NCBI GenBank assembly: GCA_028534125.1
Contig: CM052844.1
Coordinates: 868,001-932,000, forward strand
Length of the DNA: 64,000 nucleotides
DNA from: Lama glama
Taxonomy: Eukaryota
Reading direction: 5' to 3'
The notes beneath the pieces were generated by a model. The model was not told where the DNA came from and ran no database searches. It saw only the letters and a program-made list of their open reading frames with translations. Every line of letters begins with the position of its first letter. Position 1 is the first letter of the stretch. The position numbers and the translations under genes were made by a program. Positions 38,835 through 51,078 of the stretch are shown here, piece after piece.

Positions 38835-39049
38835 GTCTGAGGCCGGTCTGCAAACGGGCGGAAGTGTTTTGCTTCATGCGGTTTGAACTTTCACAACAGT
38901 GATAGTAACACCCCAGCACCGGGGGCTGTGTGATCTGTCCCGTGATGGATTTGAGCAGGACCTGATGGTTCATGCGCTGCAGTGACATGGCTTATCCTGT
39001 ATATGTTGTTCTACTGCTGGACCACATCTGTGGGAGCACTGGACCCCAG

Positions 39050-39200
39050 CTGGGTGTGGACACCAGTGCAGAGAGACGTTGGGGTGGGGGGACACAAGTG
39101 CAGAGAGACAGCAGGTGGGGGGACACCAGAGCAGAGAGGCGGTGGGGTGGGGGACATTACTGCCGAGGGACAGGGGCGTGGACACAGGTGGCAGTGGCCG
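39050..39200. repeat. Degenerate ~30-bp G-rich minisatellite, ~4-5 copies
   Basis: Recurrent GGACACNAGTGCAGAGAGAC...GGTGGGG. Confidence 0.8.
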
Positions 39201-40286
39201 AGGAGGGACAACCTGAGAAGCAGCCCTGAGGGGAGATGAGGTGAAGGGAACGTGGAGAGTGAGCTCCGGTCTGAAGGCTGAGCCGCCCAGAAGGCGCACC
39301 CCGTCAGCCGGGGGCTGCGTGTGTATGTGGAGACTCGGGTGACGGGGAGGGGCAGAGTGAGCTGGAGCCCGTGGGCCCCCGGTCACTGGGCTCTCCCGAG
39401 AGCAGGCAGCTCTCACACGCGGCTCAGTTGTGCGTCACGTGGCTCGTCGGCTTTCATCCGCAGGGCGGTGTCTGCCCAGCTCTAAACAGTCACTCAAGTA
39501 CAGGAAGTTTGTGGTTATTATCTAATTGTATAAATGTGTATTTTTAGATCTACGGTGGAATGACGTTTTGAAGTATTAAACTGAATTATTTTGCTCTGCC
39601 AGGAGAGGGAATGTTCCCCTCCCCAGAGCCCGCTCCCTCCCCCTGACAGCACAGACAGGGACCACCACTGTAGAACCAGAAAAAAGGCCTGGACACTGGG
39701 TTCAGATCAAGAGCCAGGGTCCAAGTGTAAGGCCAGCCAAGTGGGACTCACGTTCACGGAGCATGTTTTTTGTCCTGCACAGCAAGGGAACGATGCTGTG
39801 TTTAAAGAGACCAGATGGGTGTGGGACCATCTACAGGGTTTGACTAAGAGCCCCAGCTCCTTGGAACCGTGACCAGTAACCCCAGTTCAGCCCCTGTGGG
39901 CAGGTGGAATCTGGCCCCACCGTTCAGTAACATGGGACCCTCGTTAGCCCTCTTAGGATTAGAAGTATGGTCAGGAAACCTCGTGAATAGGGTGACCTTA
40001 CGTCCTGCCGCCCAGAGCAACCTGGCCTTACGCCTGCTGCTCTGGTGAAATTACTAAGAGAACCCCATTCGCTCTCAAAAATGATGTGTTGTATGTTACC
40101 CCGCAAAGCCAGGAAACGAAAGCTTTTTGCTCTCCATCTAGCGGGAACTAGACGGAACCAGCTCAAAACTGCCTGCAGGCTGGGACCCTCACACTCTGCT
40201 CTGGGAGCATCGTAGTAACATAGGGACTGGCATTTCTGAGAACTGCAGAACTTCTTTTGGAAATAATAAAACTCTTTTTAAGAAAA

Positions 40287-40408
40287 TTTTTGAGGGGGAG
40301 TTAACTAGGTTTATTTATGTATTTTTTTAAGGGAGGGACTGGGGATTGTATCCAGGACATCTTCATGCTAAGCGCACACCCTACCACTGAGCTACACCCT
40401 CACCCCCC
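40287..40408 (-). mobile_element. Camelid tRNA-derived SINE (Vic-1-like)
   Basis: GGGGGAGTTAACTAGGTTTATTTAT...GGGACTGGGGATTGTATCCAGG...GCTAAGCGCACACCCTACCACTGAGCTACACCCTCACCCCCC. Confidence 0.9.
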
Positions 40409-41139
40409 AGAATGTACTTCTAACAATTTCTTCTTTCCATTTATGAAATTTGGCCCAGAAAGTCCAGGGGTGCGCCTGTTAGAAACATTCTGCTGCTTGC
40501 CTACTGACCCACAGTGCCGCGTTAAATCTTGATATTTAGTAGTATACGTCAGCGCGTCTATATCCATCTTTCTTCAAAAAAAGAAAAATGCTAGGCATTG
40601 AATTCTATTTTTCCAGGCAGAATTCTAGGTGCCAGGGATAGAAGTGTGCCTGGGACACGCCCTCTGGCCTAGAGACGCAGGGGCTGCAGAGAAGACTTGC
40701 AGAAGTAACCAGGCCGGCCGTCCCGGGGCACGGTGAGCACGGCAGGGGAAGGTGAGTCGGGGAGCACAGGGAGCCGGGCTTCCCAGAGCGGGGACCTTTT
40801 AGTTGAACCCCAAAAAGAAGCAGAAACTGTCGACACCAAAGTAAGGAGAGTGAGAAGGGCCTGGAAGGGGCTCCAGGTTGAAGAGAGTCTGGAGTGGAGA
40901 ACAGGAACCGCACGTCAGGGGGAGCCAGGTGCACGGGGGGTGGGGGTGGGGAGTGCGGGGGATGTGGTAGGAGGGGTCCCGGGACTGAACACAGAATTGG
41001 CGGGGGGACGTCATCCTGGGGCAGCGGGCCCCTGGGAGTGTTGTAGATCGTGGACACGAGGCTTCTAAGAACGGTCTCGCCTCAGCTGGAGGGAGCATGG
41101 ACTGCAGACTGGACAGAGCTCCGGGACCACCAGAGCTCG

Positions 41140-41565
41140 TTCTCGGAGAGACTCTCTTTGAATGAGAAGAGGAGGCCTCAAGCTGATTTGGGTACCTGTG
41201 ATGCGTCCTGAGGCCGCCCCGCACCCCAGGGTGTGTGCCGAGCGCTCTCCCACAAAGACCAGGAGCGAGGCAAAGCCCAGGAATGCTCTCACCCCCGCGG
41301 GTCCACACCTCCCGCCAGGACAGGTGGACACTGACGAGAGATAGGAGGCATCTAGATTAGGGAGCAAAGAAGTAAAAGTGTCTCTGTTTGCAGATGGCAT
41401 CTTCTTGTGTGTGGAAAAGCCACACGACCCACGAAAGCCGTAAAAGCTAGTGGACGAGCTCAGCGAGGTTCCGGATACAGGCTCAGCCGGCAGAGAGTAA
41501 CTGCATTTCTGAGGTAACACAACAGTCCCCAAACGGAGGTGAAACTGTTCCGTTTTCCACGGCAG
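41140..41565 (+). mobile_element. Ancient L1 ORF2 (RT domain) fragment, heavily GC-shifted
   Basis: AAAGAAGTAAAAGTGTCTCTGTTTGCAGATGGCATC encodes KEVKVSLFADGI, matching the L1 EVKLSLFADDM motif; flanks are colinear with L1 RT. Confidence 0.8.
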
Positions 41566-42669
41566 CGGGGTGTGCCCCGGGGCTGGAGGCCGGGGCGGCG
41601 GGAGGGTTTGGTGAGACGGGGCCCCCGGCGCCCACGCCCGGCACTCGGCGTGTCTGCTGAGGTGCCACGGGGGGACGAAGCAACATTTCCCCAGAAAAAT
41701 ACACAGGAAACCAGAACTGCCGAGTTATCACATCGAAACAGTTGCCTCACTTGGTTGTTTAAAGTTTAAGAAAATATTTGAATGATCTTTATCACAGTGA
41801 AGGAAAGAGGACCCAGTGAAAAGATCCCAGAGTCCAGAGTCCAGGTTTCGCTCTTTCCTTGTCTGGACTCCGCTAGTTCTTCTTACCGCTTCACGCTGAG
41901 ATTTCCCCCGATAGTTATCCTCGGTCTAGGTTATTCTCAGTACAGTTGGTCCACGTTCATCATAGAAAAAACTTAGAAAAAAAAAAGAAACAAAGAAAAG
42001 GAAAGAAAAACCCCAGGAATATGTTCAGTATCCACGTGTTGAACAATTACACACTGAACTTGGCAGTGCGAGGAGCACGGCTTTTGCTTTTGGTTGAGGG
42101 AAAGTGGAAAATAAAATACGCAAACAAGTAAACAGAAAATGCAGTTTCCACGCGCCTACCGGCACGCGTGCGTTTCCTAACTGCAGTCTCGTTGCTAAGG
42201 GGTCTCGTCGTCTCTGCTCAGTGGGACGCTTTTCAGTATTTTCACGCACATAGAAAACATGCCGAGGTGTTGACATCATATTAGAAAATGAAGTCATAAT
42301 TTCAATGAAAATATGAATTTACTGTAAAAGTCCATTTCTCCAGGGAGGAGCTTGACCTGACTCTTGGTTACACCGGAATGTTCTGGACGATTGTCTTAGA
42401 CTGTCCCGTTTGTCTGCCTCTGCTGATGGAGCCTGCATGAGGGACCATTCAAGATGGATTCTTTTCCTCCAGTGAAAATGATCACTCTCCCCTGGATTCC
42501 TTCCCAGTCCATCCAACTCCCTGGGGGGACAGAACCAAGACGCTGTGGGTTGGAGCCTCCTCAGTGTCGGCCCTGCAGCCGGAATCCCACCACTTCCTTA
42601 TGTGGTGACGGTGCCCACGCCACCGCGAGCACAGCCTGCTTCACGGCTGACGGCTGCGCTGATGGTGGG

Positions 42670-43020
42670 CCGGTTTTTACCTAGTGTCCCTTTTCTGTTC
42701 CAGGGTCCCATCCGGGACAACACTGTCCATTCAGTCATTGTGTTTCCTTAGGCTCCTTGAGGCTGCGACGTTTTCTCAGGGTGGCCTTATGTTTGGTGAC
42801 CTTACAGTTTGGAGAACACTGGTCAGGCAGCTTGTGCGACGTCCCTCCATTTCCGTTTGTCTGATGTGTGTCTCATGATTGGACTGGGGGATGGGTTTGG
42901 GCAGGAGGGCCAGCAAAGTAGATGCCGTCTCGTCACGTGCCATGAAGGTGTGTCCGGGCACCTGACCTACGACCGCTGATGCCGACCTCGATCTGCTCCC
43001 TGGTAGGGTGTTGGTTCTCT
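42670..43020 (-). mobile_element. L1MC-type 3' UTR fragment
   Basis: TGTCCCTTTTCTGTTCCAGGGTCCCATCCGGGA...CTGGTCAGG...TTTGTCTGATGTGTGTCTCATGATTGGACTGGGG matches the reversed L1MC 3' end. Confidence 0.8.
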
Positions 43021-43064
43021 TATGTGGTGTCTTTAGGTGCTTTACCTCAGGAGCTCTTGGCGGG

Positions 43065-43495
43065 TGTGTGTAAACTAGAGTCGACTTTCGTTTATTGATC
43101 TTGTGTCTTTCAGCCTTGCTTCTTGCTCATTTGTTTTTGGAGCTTCACTTTGTTTTTGTATTCTGTGAGGTTTTCCACGTAGATATGAATGCCATCTGCA
43201 GAGGTGACTGTTTCTTCCTTCCCAGCCCGTGCCTTTTATTTCTGTGTCTTGTCTTATTGCGCTAGCCAGGACGTCAACAGTGGTGGTGGACAGGAGTGCT
43301 GAGAGAGGACCTCCTAACGTCTTCCCAGTCTCAGAGGGAGAGCGTCACTCTTAGCTGTGGCTCTTTTTGTGGATGCTCCCTCTTAAGTTGAGGAAATTCC
43401 CTTCTTGTCCCGGCTTGCTGAGAGCTTTCATCTTGCATGTGTGTTGGATTTGGTCAAATGCTTTTTCTGCATTAATTGAGATGATCGCATGAGCT
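43065..43495 (-). mobile_element. Ancient L1 ORF2 (RT domain) fragment
   Basis: Minus-strand translation HAIISINAEKAFDQIQH...KPGQEGNFLNL matches L1 HMIISIDAEKAFDKIQH...GIEGNFLNL. Confidence 0.92.
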
Positions 43496-45686
43496 GACTC
43501 TGCCTCCTGCCATAAAACGTGTTCAGTTATCTGACGTTGCCGGGGTGACAGCTGTGAAGTCACTTGCCAGTCTGTAACCATGCAGACTTTTCTCGGCACC
43601 AAATACATTTAATTTGGATACTTGGGGTCTCTTTAGGTTGGATCTATACAGAAGCTATATTTTGTTAGCAGCTGGAGTTTTGCCAGCTGGAATTCTCCAA
43701 ATGGCACTTCCCAAAATCCATCTCAATGAAAATTTTGCCTCAGTTGTAGTCTCTACATGTATATGTCAGTGAATAGCAGGAGATTAAATTCTATTCAATA
43801 ATTTACGTCGCTGCCACCAAGTCTCGGGGGACGCTTTGCATCTATGGTGCTGCACCGATTCTGCGACTTAACATCTAAGGATGTTGCATTTCTTTGAAAC
43901 CTTGTCATCCTTCTCCATTATGTGTGATAACTCACTGTCATTTTTGATGAATTAAATGAATTTTATTTCCCACAAATAGCAAAAGACAAACAAACAAACA
44001 AGAAACCCCAGCAACTCTGTCAGTATATTAAGGCTCTTACCTTCCCTACCATTTTTCCTGCTTTCTTTTGTCCCTTGCAAACAACATCTGTTCACTCATT
44101 TTTGGTGTTTCTTACAAATGGAAATGAATAATTCAACTTGACAGTACAGTAGTCAAATGACACCTTTAGGCACTATTTGCATCCAGTAAATAATTCTTTT
44201 GGCAAAAGGTAGATGGTGGAGACAAAACAGCAACTCCATGGGTCCGGGAATGACCGATAGGTTCCTGTCGGCTGAGGTCCTGAGGCTACATTTGACACAT
44301 GGGAGGGGGAGAGCCCGAGTAGGTCTGCAGCCCTGACTTGAGCTCTCGGGGGTTTGGACGGGGATCTGATTGTTTCTTGAAATACAGACTTATGGGTGAC
44401 AGTCACATGCTTGTCTGCTGTTCTTTTTAATTCCTGAGAACATTATAAAGGAAACTACACTGAGATAGTTCCTAGCAGAGAGATCTTTTAAACATATGAC
44501 TGGAGCTGTGAGCGCGTGGAAAGCTCTGTAAGGCGCTCACAGCAGCCCCCGCGCCAGGACACGTGGGGCGATACTTCAGGTCTCCATCCTCGTGCCATCA
44601 TCCCCTCCTGTCATTTTTGTTACGAGAGGGGGACTCGTAGGAGTCAACACACGTTGCTGACTGACTGGTGGCTCATTCTGTACTTAAACTTTAAAGTAAA
44701 ACTTGAAGACTAAATCTCTACAGATGCTGCTGTAATTTCTAAGTGTATGTTTACAATGTTAACGTACCCCTGAGAGTCAAGTACTGGTAATGAGTGCGTG
44801 TGGATACTTTCTAATTTTAAATAAAGTGAATTCCAGTCTTTCTGGTGTAATTGAAGTTTCTTATAAGAATAAAACCTGCTTCCAAAGCTGCCCAGGGAAA
44901 TAAGAAATAATTACTGGGGATCGGCCCTCTCAAAGTTTTGGATTGCATGACAAAATAAAAGAAGAAAGAAAAAAAGATCAGCATGGATTCAACAAGGTTT
45001 TAAATCTCTTCAATGAAAATCATTAAACACACACTTAAAACACAAAATATGATCTGTTATCTCCATGTATGTGAAAAGCAAGCAACACTGAAAGCTGTTT
45101 GTTCTTACAGCTCTTGTTCCCCTACAGATCGGTGAAAACGCGCCTGGCGCGGGCCGCCCCGCCTCCGGGTCAGCGCGGCTGCCCGGCGCCCGGGTCCCGG
45201 GGCGCAGAGTGAGTCCGCGCGCGCGCAGAGTGTGGCTGCTCTGTGCCGGGAGCCTGGGGGGGGGGTGTCTCATGTAGTCCACTTAGTGCCGACGAGTAAA
45301 GGAACCAAGTTTCCAAGAGGCTTAGTAACAAGCCCTCGTCTGACGCAAAGCCCTGCATCCCTGCCTCCTGGCGACTCCCCCGGGGGCTGCGTGGTTCGGC
45401 CCAGCAGGACCTCGGGGTGGGGCCTGGCCCAGTGCCTCAGCCACATCTGGCAGCGTGAGCGTCAGAGAGGAGGTCTGTCAGGACAGCCTGGTCTCTAGTT
45501 ATGTGAAACCTACAGGTAGAGGAAGTGCAGCTTCCTCCATACCTGGTGGATGTGTCCACTCACACGGTCCTTTTGGGGAGAGACAGTGGACAGTGGGGCC
45601 CTGCACCCTGGCACTAGGTGCTCATTTTTATGCAGAAGCAAAGAGATATCTGTTTATTATCAATGCTGTGGGTTCCTGCCTCTCAG

Positions 45687-45970
45687 GGCGTTAAAACAAT
45701 TACATCTAATGGCTTCATTCAGCCGTGTCCACAGCCACGCTGCCCAGAGCCCCAGCGACGTCAAGTCACAACGTCCTCCAGAGAGGGACGCCGACATCGT
45801 GGCACACTGACTGAGGAGAGAAAAGGCGAGAAACAAAGAGAAACTAACAGGAGACTCAGAGAAGCGGCTGGACAGGAAGGAGGGAGACACCACAATCACT
45901 GACACAAGCAGGGAGGCCCCAGGCAGGTGCGCGGACACTTTGTGAACTTCTGCAATTTCATCTTAAGAAG
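45687..45970 (+). other. Candidate non-coding exon
   Basis: Acceptor GTTCCTGCCTCTCAG and near-perfect donor AAG|GTAAGT; lies downstream of a small CpG cluster at 45130-45240. Confidence 0.25.
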
Positions 45971-47544
45971 GTAAGTCACCTCTCCAGGGTGTCAAGGGCA
46001 AGCTCCCTCCCTTGAAATCACCATGATATTAACCGACAATGGGTTTTATATGTTTCCATAGCTGACATTGCCAACCTCCATGAAAGGAGCAAACTCGGCA
46101 TGGCCAGTGGTCACTTCCGCCAGGTTTGTGACAGGCTCTCCGACGTGAAAGCAGAGGGCTGGCCCTGGGGGCGTCTGCCCGAGCCAGTTCTTCCTGAGTT
46201 ACACAGCCCAGATTCCCATTTGACTTCCCTCTTTGCACAGTTTAAAGCCATGGTCCTCCCTGGGAACCATGGAGAGGCAGCGGGAGCCAAGCATGCTTAA
46301 GTGCTGGCTTTTGAGACAGAGTAACAACTCTGAAATCTAGAAATTATTGTCATTGTAAAAAAAAGTTGAAATAAAATTCCTTCTGAGTAGCTTGTTTTAT
46401 TTTTTTCAATCTGAACTTTTTAGGAGAAGAGAAAGCACACTAAACATCTTAAGTGAACATTTGTTGAAAGATTTAGACGTGAGAAAAAAATCAAATCAAA
46501 CAACTTTTAATAATACTTTACTGCCAGAGGAAAATAAAGTCGGAGCTGCCACTATAAAATAAAAAAGCAATTAGCAACTTTCTGATTGCTATTTCTTTAA
46601 GGAGCTACCTCAAGATGCAGAGCGGAAACGATCTAAAGCCTTTCTGAAGGGATAAAAGGAGCAGGCTATGGTTTTTGAAAGACATGTGGAGGAGCATTTG
46701 GTCTGGAAAGCGCAGCCCAAGACCCTCCGAGGCGGACGAGGGGCGGTGGGGGCTGAGGTGTGACCGCGCAGCCGGGCCCACCGGGGGCCGGGGGCCTGCT
46801 GCTCACGGTGCAGTTTCAGGCTCTGTGCAGGAACAGCTATTTCCTGGGGACACGATGCGGTCACGGTGAGAAATGTGGGTGTTAAATAGACTTGGAGAAG
46901 CCTTGTTGATATAAATCATTCATGTCTGTCCTGATGAACCGTATTCAAGCTTTCACCTGGTACGTGATCCTTAGATTGTCTCCACTCAGGACTTAACAAA
47001 ACCCAAAGCACAGGCTTTGGTAAAAGAAACAAGACGAAGTGAAGACCCATTGGGACTTTAACTTGTCGCTTTGCCCCAGCTTACTCAGAACACCCGCGTG
47101 CCTCCTGCTGTGCTTCTGGGGTGTTCCCTGGAGCCTTCTGGCACCGTCATGGACTGGGGTTTCCCACGTGTGCACATCACCCGTGTGTACCTGGCATCAC
47201 CCGCGCTCAGAGGATTAGCCTCTGGGGACCCCCGCTTCGTTGTGTTCGTTCTCACCTTTGTCACCTCCACGTGGAAATTCGTGCTCCCACTTCTCTGCGA
47301 ACCCTCTCCAGCACCCATGTCAGCGTCAAGCTGGAGGCGGTGGCCCAGCAGCCCTGTGCTGGCTGTGCAGGGACGCAGGGCTTGCTGGCCTGCCACAGCC
47401 CCACCCGCTTCACAGGCACGAGGAGCTTTTAAAGCCACCTTAATGTCCGTCCAGATATTGCGTCCTGAACTGCAGCCTTAGAAAATAATCAGGCAGGTGC
47501 ATGAATGTTGGTTTTCTAGACGCAGAATGAAGAAGCCTTAGTGT

Positions 47545-47960
47545 AAAGATGCAGCATTGTTTACAGCAGGTAAGAATTTAAGAAAAATCCTAAGTAGCTC
47601 CAAAGGGGATTTATGTGAGGAAATCATATTGTAGTGACACAAACACTCTGCAGCTATTAAAACTGAGGCTGATGTGTGCTCATTGACATAGGATCATACG
47701 CAAGATACATTGTTGGATGAAAAAGCCAGGCATAGAAAATCCACTCTAAGTGCAGGCCGTGTGTGGTGTAGCTGAGCAGCTGTGTGTCTAAGCACACGTG
47801 TGTCTGTCAGACATCCGTCCATCTGTTTGTCGTCTGTCTGTCTCCTTCACGTTACATGCAAATAGAAACAAGGCCGGGAAGGCTGCCCAGCACAGTGCTC
47901 TCCATGTCTCTGGCAGCACAGACTCATGCTCAGTGCCGTTTCTGTGGTTGTGACTTCATC
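47545..47960 (+). mobile_element. Ancient L1ME-type 3' fragment
   Basis: GCAGCATTGTTTACAG...CTCTGCAGCTATTAAAA...CAAGATACATTGTTGGATGAAAAAGCCAG. Confidence 0.7.
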
Positions 47961-48816
47961 CTGCTCATGTGCAAGTAAGTGACCACAGTCACCCCTTCAC
48001 ACTCTCTTCCTCTGAGCCCAGGCGTGTGAGGCCTTCTTGGCCACATGCACCTGTTCCTGTGTCAGCTTCCAGCCTCCATCACCGAGCCCTTAGCAGCCGG
48101 ACCGGTCCAGATGTGCCTGCGCGGCGGCCGGCCTCCAGGGATGGCTGAGTCCGCTGGTTCTCACGACAGGGAAGGACCGGAGGGGAGCCACTCACCCAGA
48201 CTTAGCTGTTCAGATTTTCCCAGCAAGAACCAGCGGTAGCATGAAGGTGCAGATATGGCATTCGGGACTCATTTGTCAACACGCACACATTTCACAGAAC
48301 TTGTGTCACTTAGTTTTCACCCGGCACAGCGTGGGTGGGGCGTGATGAATCCTACAGCGTATCATGAGGAGCATGTGCAGCCGTCTGTGCACATCCTGAG
48401 AACAACAAGGCCCGTCTGAGTCTGCAAGGAACCGCCCTGGCAAAGACACTGCTGGCTCCTGCCGTAGCGCAGCCACGCTCCCGGCCTCGGCCCCCTGACA
48501 ACCGGCCAGCTCCCCGCATGTCCCGCTCCCCTGTGCCCCCCTCGGCAGCTCTGGTCACAGCTCAGGGGGCTCAGGTTTGAAGGAATGTAAGGACCCCGGG
48601 ATCAGGTAAGGACTTAGTCACCTGTCATGTGACGCCCCAGCCCAGAGGAGACAGTATTTCTTCAAAACATGGTGCTTGTCTTCCGACATAAACCCTGGGT
48701 GTCCTCCAGTCCACATTGTAGAAGTAAGACGTTTCATTGCAAAAGAGAAAAAAAGGTAGAAGGATGCTGAAAAGGGGTAGTTTGTTGTCAAGCCTTCAAA
48801 AATGTCCTGAGTTGGG

Positions 48817-48980
48817 ACATATTTCACAGAACTAGAACAAATCATAATAAAATTTATATGGAACCACAAAAGACCTAGAATTGCCAAAACATTACTGAAG
48901 AAAAAGAAAGAGGCTGGAGGAATAACCCTCCCAGATTTCAGACAATACTATAGAGCTACAGTAATCAAGGCAGCATGGTA
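48817..48980 (+). mobile_element. Young 5'-truncated L1 (intact ORF2 segment) running into an assembly gap
   Basis: Uninterrupted [54 protein letters not shown], the post-RT region of L1 ORF2p. Confidence 0.95.
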
Positions 48981-49480
48981 NNNNNNNNNNNNNNNNNNNN
49001 NNNNNNNNNNNNNNNNNNNNNNNNNNNNNNNNNNNNNNNNNNNNNNNNNNNNNNNNNNNNNNNNNNNNNNNNNNNNNNNNNNNNNNNNNNNNNNNNNNNN
49101 NNNNNNNNNNNNNNNNNNNNNNNNNNNNNNNNNNNNNNNNNNNNNNNNNNNNNNNNNNNNNNNNNNNNNNNNNNNNNNNNNNNNNNNNNNNNNNNNNNNN
49201 NNNNNNNNNNNNNNNNNNNNNNNNNNNNNNNNNNNNNNNNNNNNNNNNNNNNNNNNNNNNNNNNNNNNNNNNNNNNNNNNNNNNNNNNNNNNNNNNNNNN
49301 NNNNNNNNNNNNNNNNNNNNNNNNNNNNNNNNNNNNNNNNNNNNNNNNNNNNNNNNNNNNNNNNNNNNNNNNNNNNNNNNNNNNNNNNNNNNNNNNNNNN
49401 NNNNNNNNNNNNNNNNNNNNNNNNNNNNNNNNNNNNNNNNNNNNNNNNNNNNNNNNNNNNNNNNNNNNNNNNNNNNNNNN
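48981..49480. other. Assembly gap (500 N)
   Basis: N run. Confidence 1.
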
Positions 49481-50306
49481 GGCATTACCAAAGCTTCTGA
49501 AATGTGGAAATTTATGTTTCAAACTTAAGAAGGTTTTAAGAAGGAGGATGAGAAGGAGATGGAACAATGTAGCTGTTCTCTGCATGAGCGAAGCGTCGGA
49601 AAAGTGAAAATCAGGCACAGAGCTGAGTCTGTAATAGTTTCCTTTTAATCATTTTTTACAACAACAGACAGTCTCTTTGACTGGTTTTCCTTCCTCTTGC
49701 AATTGGTGGACTTTCCGGTGTAATGGGCACATGACTGACACGTCCCCCCAACCATTTCCTCGTCCTGAGCTTCCAAATACGCTGATCTCCTAGCAGCCCC
49801 GTTACCCTGTGTGCGTGGAGCGAATTACTCATCGTTACAGAACTGACGGGAGGCAGAGCTCAGGAGGACACCCCTGAGCTTGAGACCTTCCTCAGGTGTG
49901 GGTTTTCCGCAAGTGTGTACCTTGCTCCTGCCATTCTGATCAGTTCACACAACATGGGATCGGGTGCTGTTACTCTGCCCGGCGTGAGCGCGGACACTCA
50001 CCATTAAACAGGGTGAGCTAACTCTGCCCGAACATCAGCTTCATCACATCCCCTCAAATAACAAGAGACTAAAGGTCCCAAAATGCCCCAAAGTTATTCT
50101 CCAAAGACCAGGTAGCCAATGACTTAGCCCAGATCAATCACCATTGAAGGTCGCCTGTCCTGTTCGGCAATATTTGCTCTGTAACTAATAAAGATCAGCC
50201 TCCAGTTATTTATATCAGGTTCTCATCTCTCCAGGGTGAAGCTTAATCCATTTTGCAATGTTTTTCCCAACAAGACAACATGAGTTTCTCCGTCTGAAAA
50301 TGAATT

Positions 50307-50494
50307 NNNNNNNNNNNNNNNNNNNNNNNNNNNNNNNNNNNNNNNNNNNNNNNNNNNNNNNNNNNNNNNNNNNNNNNNNNNNNNNNNNNNNNNNNNNNNN
50401 NNNNNNNNNNNNNNNNNNNNNNNNNNNNNNNNNNNNNNNNNNNNNNNNNNNNNNNNNNNNNNNNNNNNNNNNNNNNNNNNNNNNNNNNNNNNNN
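50307..50494. other. Assembly gap (188 N)
   Basis: N run. Confidence 1.
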
Positions 50495-51078
50495 TTCAAC
50501 ATCTTATAGGTTTCCAATTCCGCAGCACAGAGAAAGCAAATTTATTGTAATACATTTAGCCGCTCTGGAAACGGGAGTATCCAGCCTGCTTCCTCCAAGA
50601 CTATGGAAGGTATCAAATCACATCTTAAAGGGATATTTATGAAGTGCTAGGTACTAATGATCACAATTGCAGATAGAGCTTCAAGTGTCTACCTATGAAC
50701 AGGCCCATATAAGAGAGGGCGGGTGGCTGGGGAACACTCTGCTCAACGTATGAAAATTACGGAGCCATGAAAACAACCCCAGCATCTCCCCAGAGATAAT
50801 CTACAGACTCGTGTTTTCCTAAGAGGGAAGAGGGGAAAAACCCTCCGTTCTTCTGTTGCGCCAGCAGATAAAGGGAAACCACGCCGTTCATATTTCCTCT
50901 CTGACATTAAAGAGAAGCGGTTGGACTGTCTGTGAAGGAGCGTGTGGTAGAGAGAAATCACGCCCTGATGCTCAGGAAAAGTGTCTGTGTTCCTGGCTGC
51001 AACCCGAACAAGATGTTCTGTGACTGGATAACAAGGACAGAATGTTCCGCTTTAAGTATTTGTGTTGCATCTTCTCAG

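Noticed and set aside
48892-49618. Long ORFs in the track across the N run
   Set aside because: Artefacts of translating assembly gaps.
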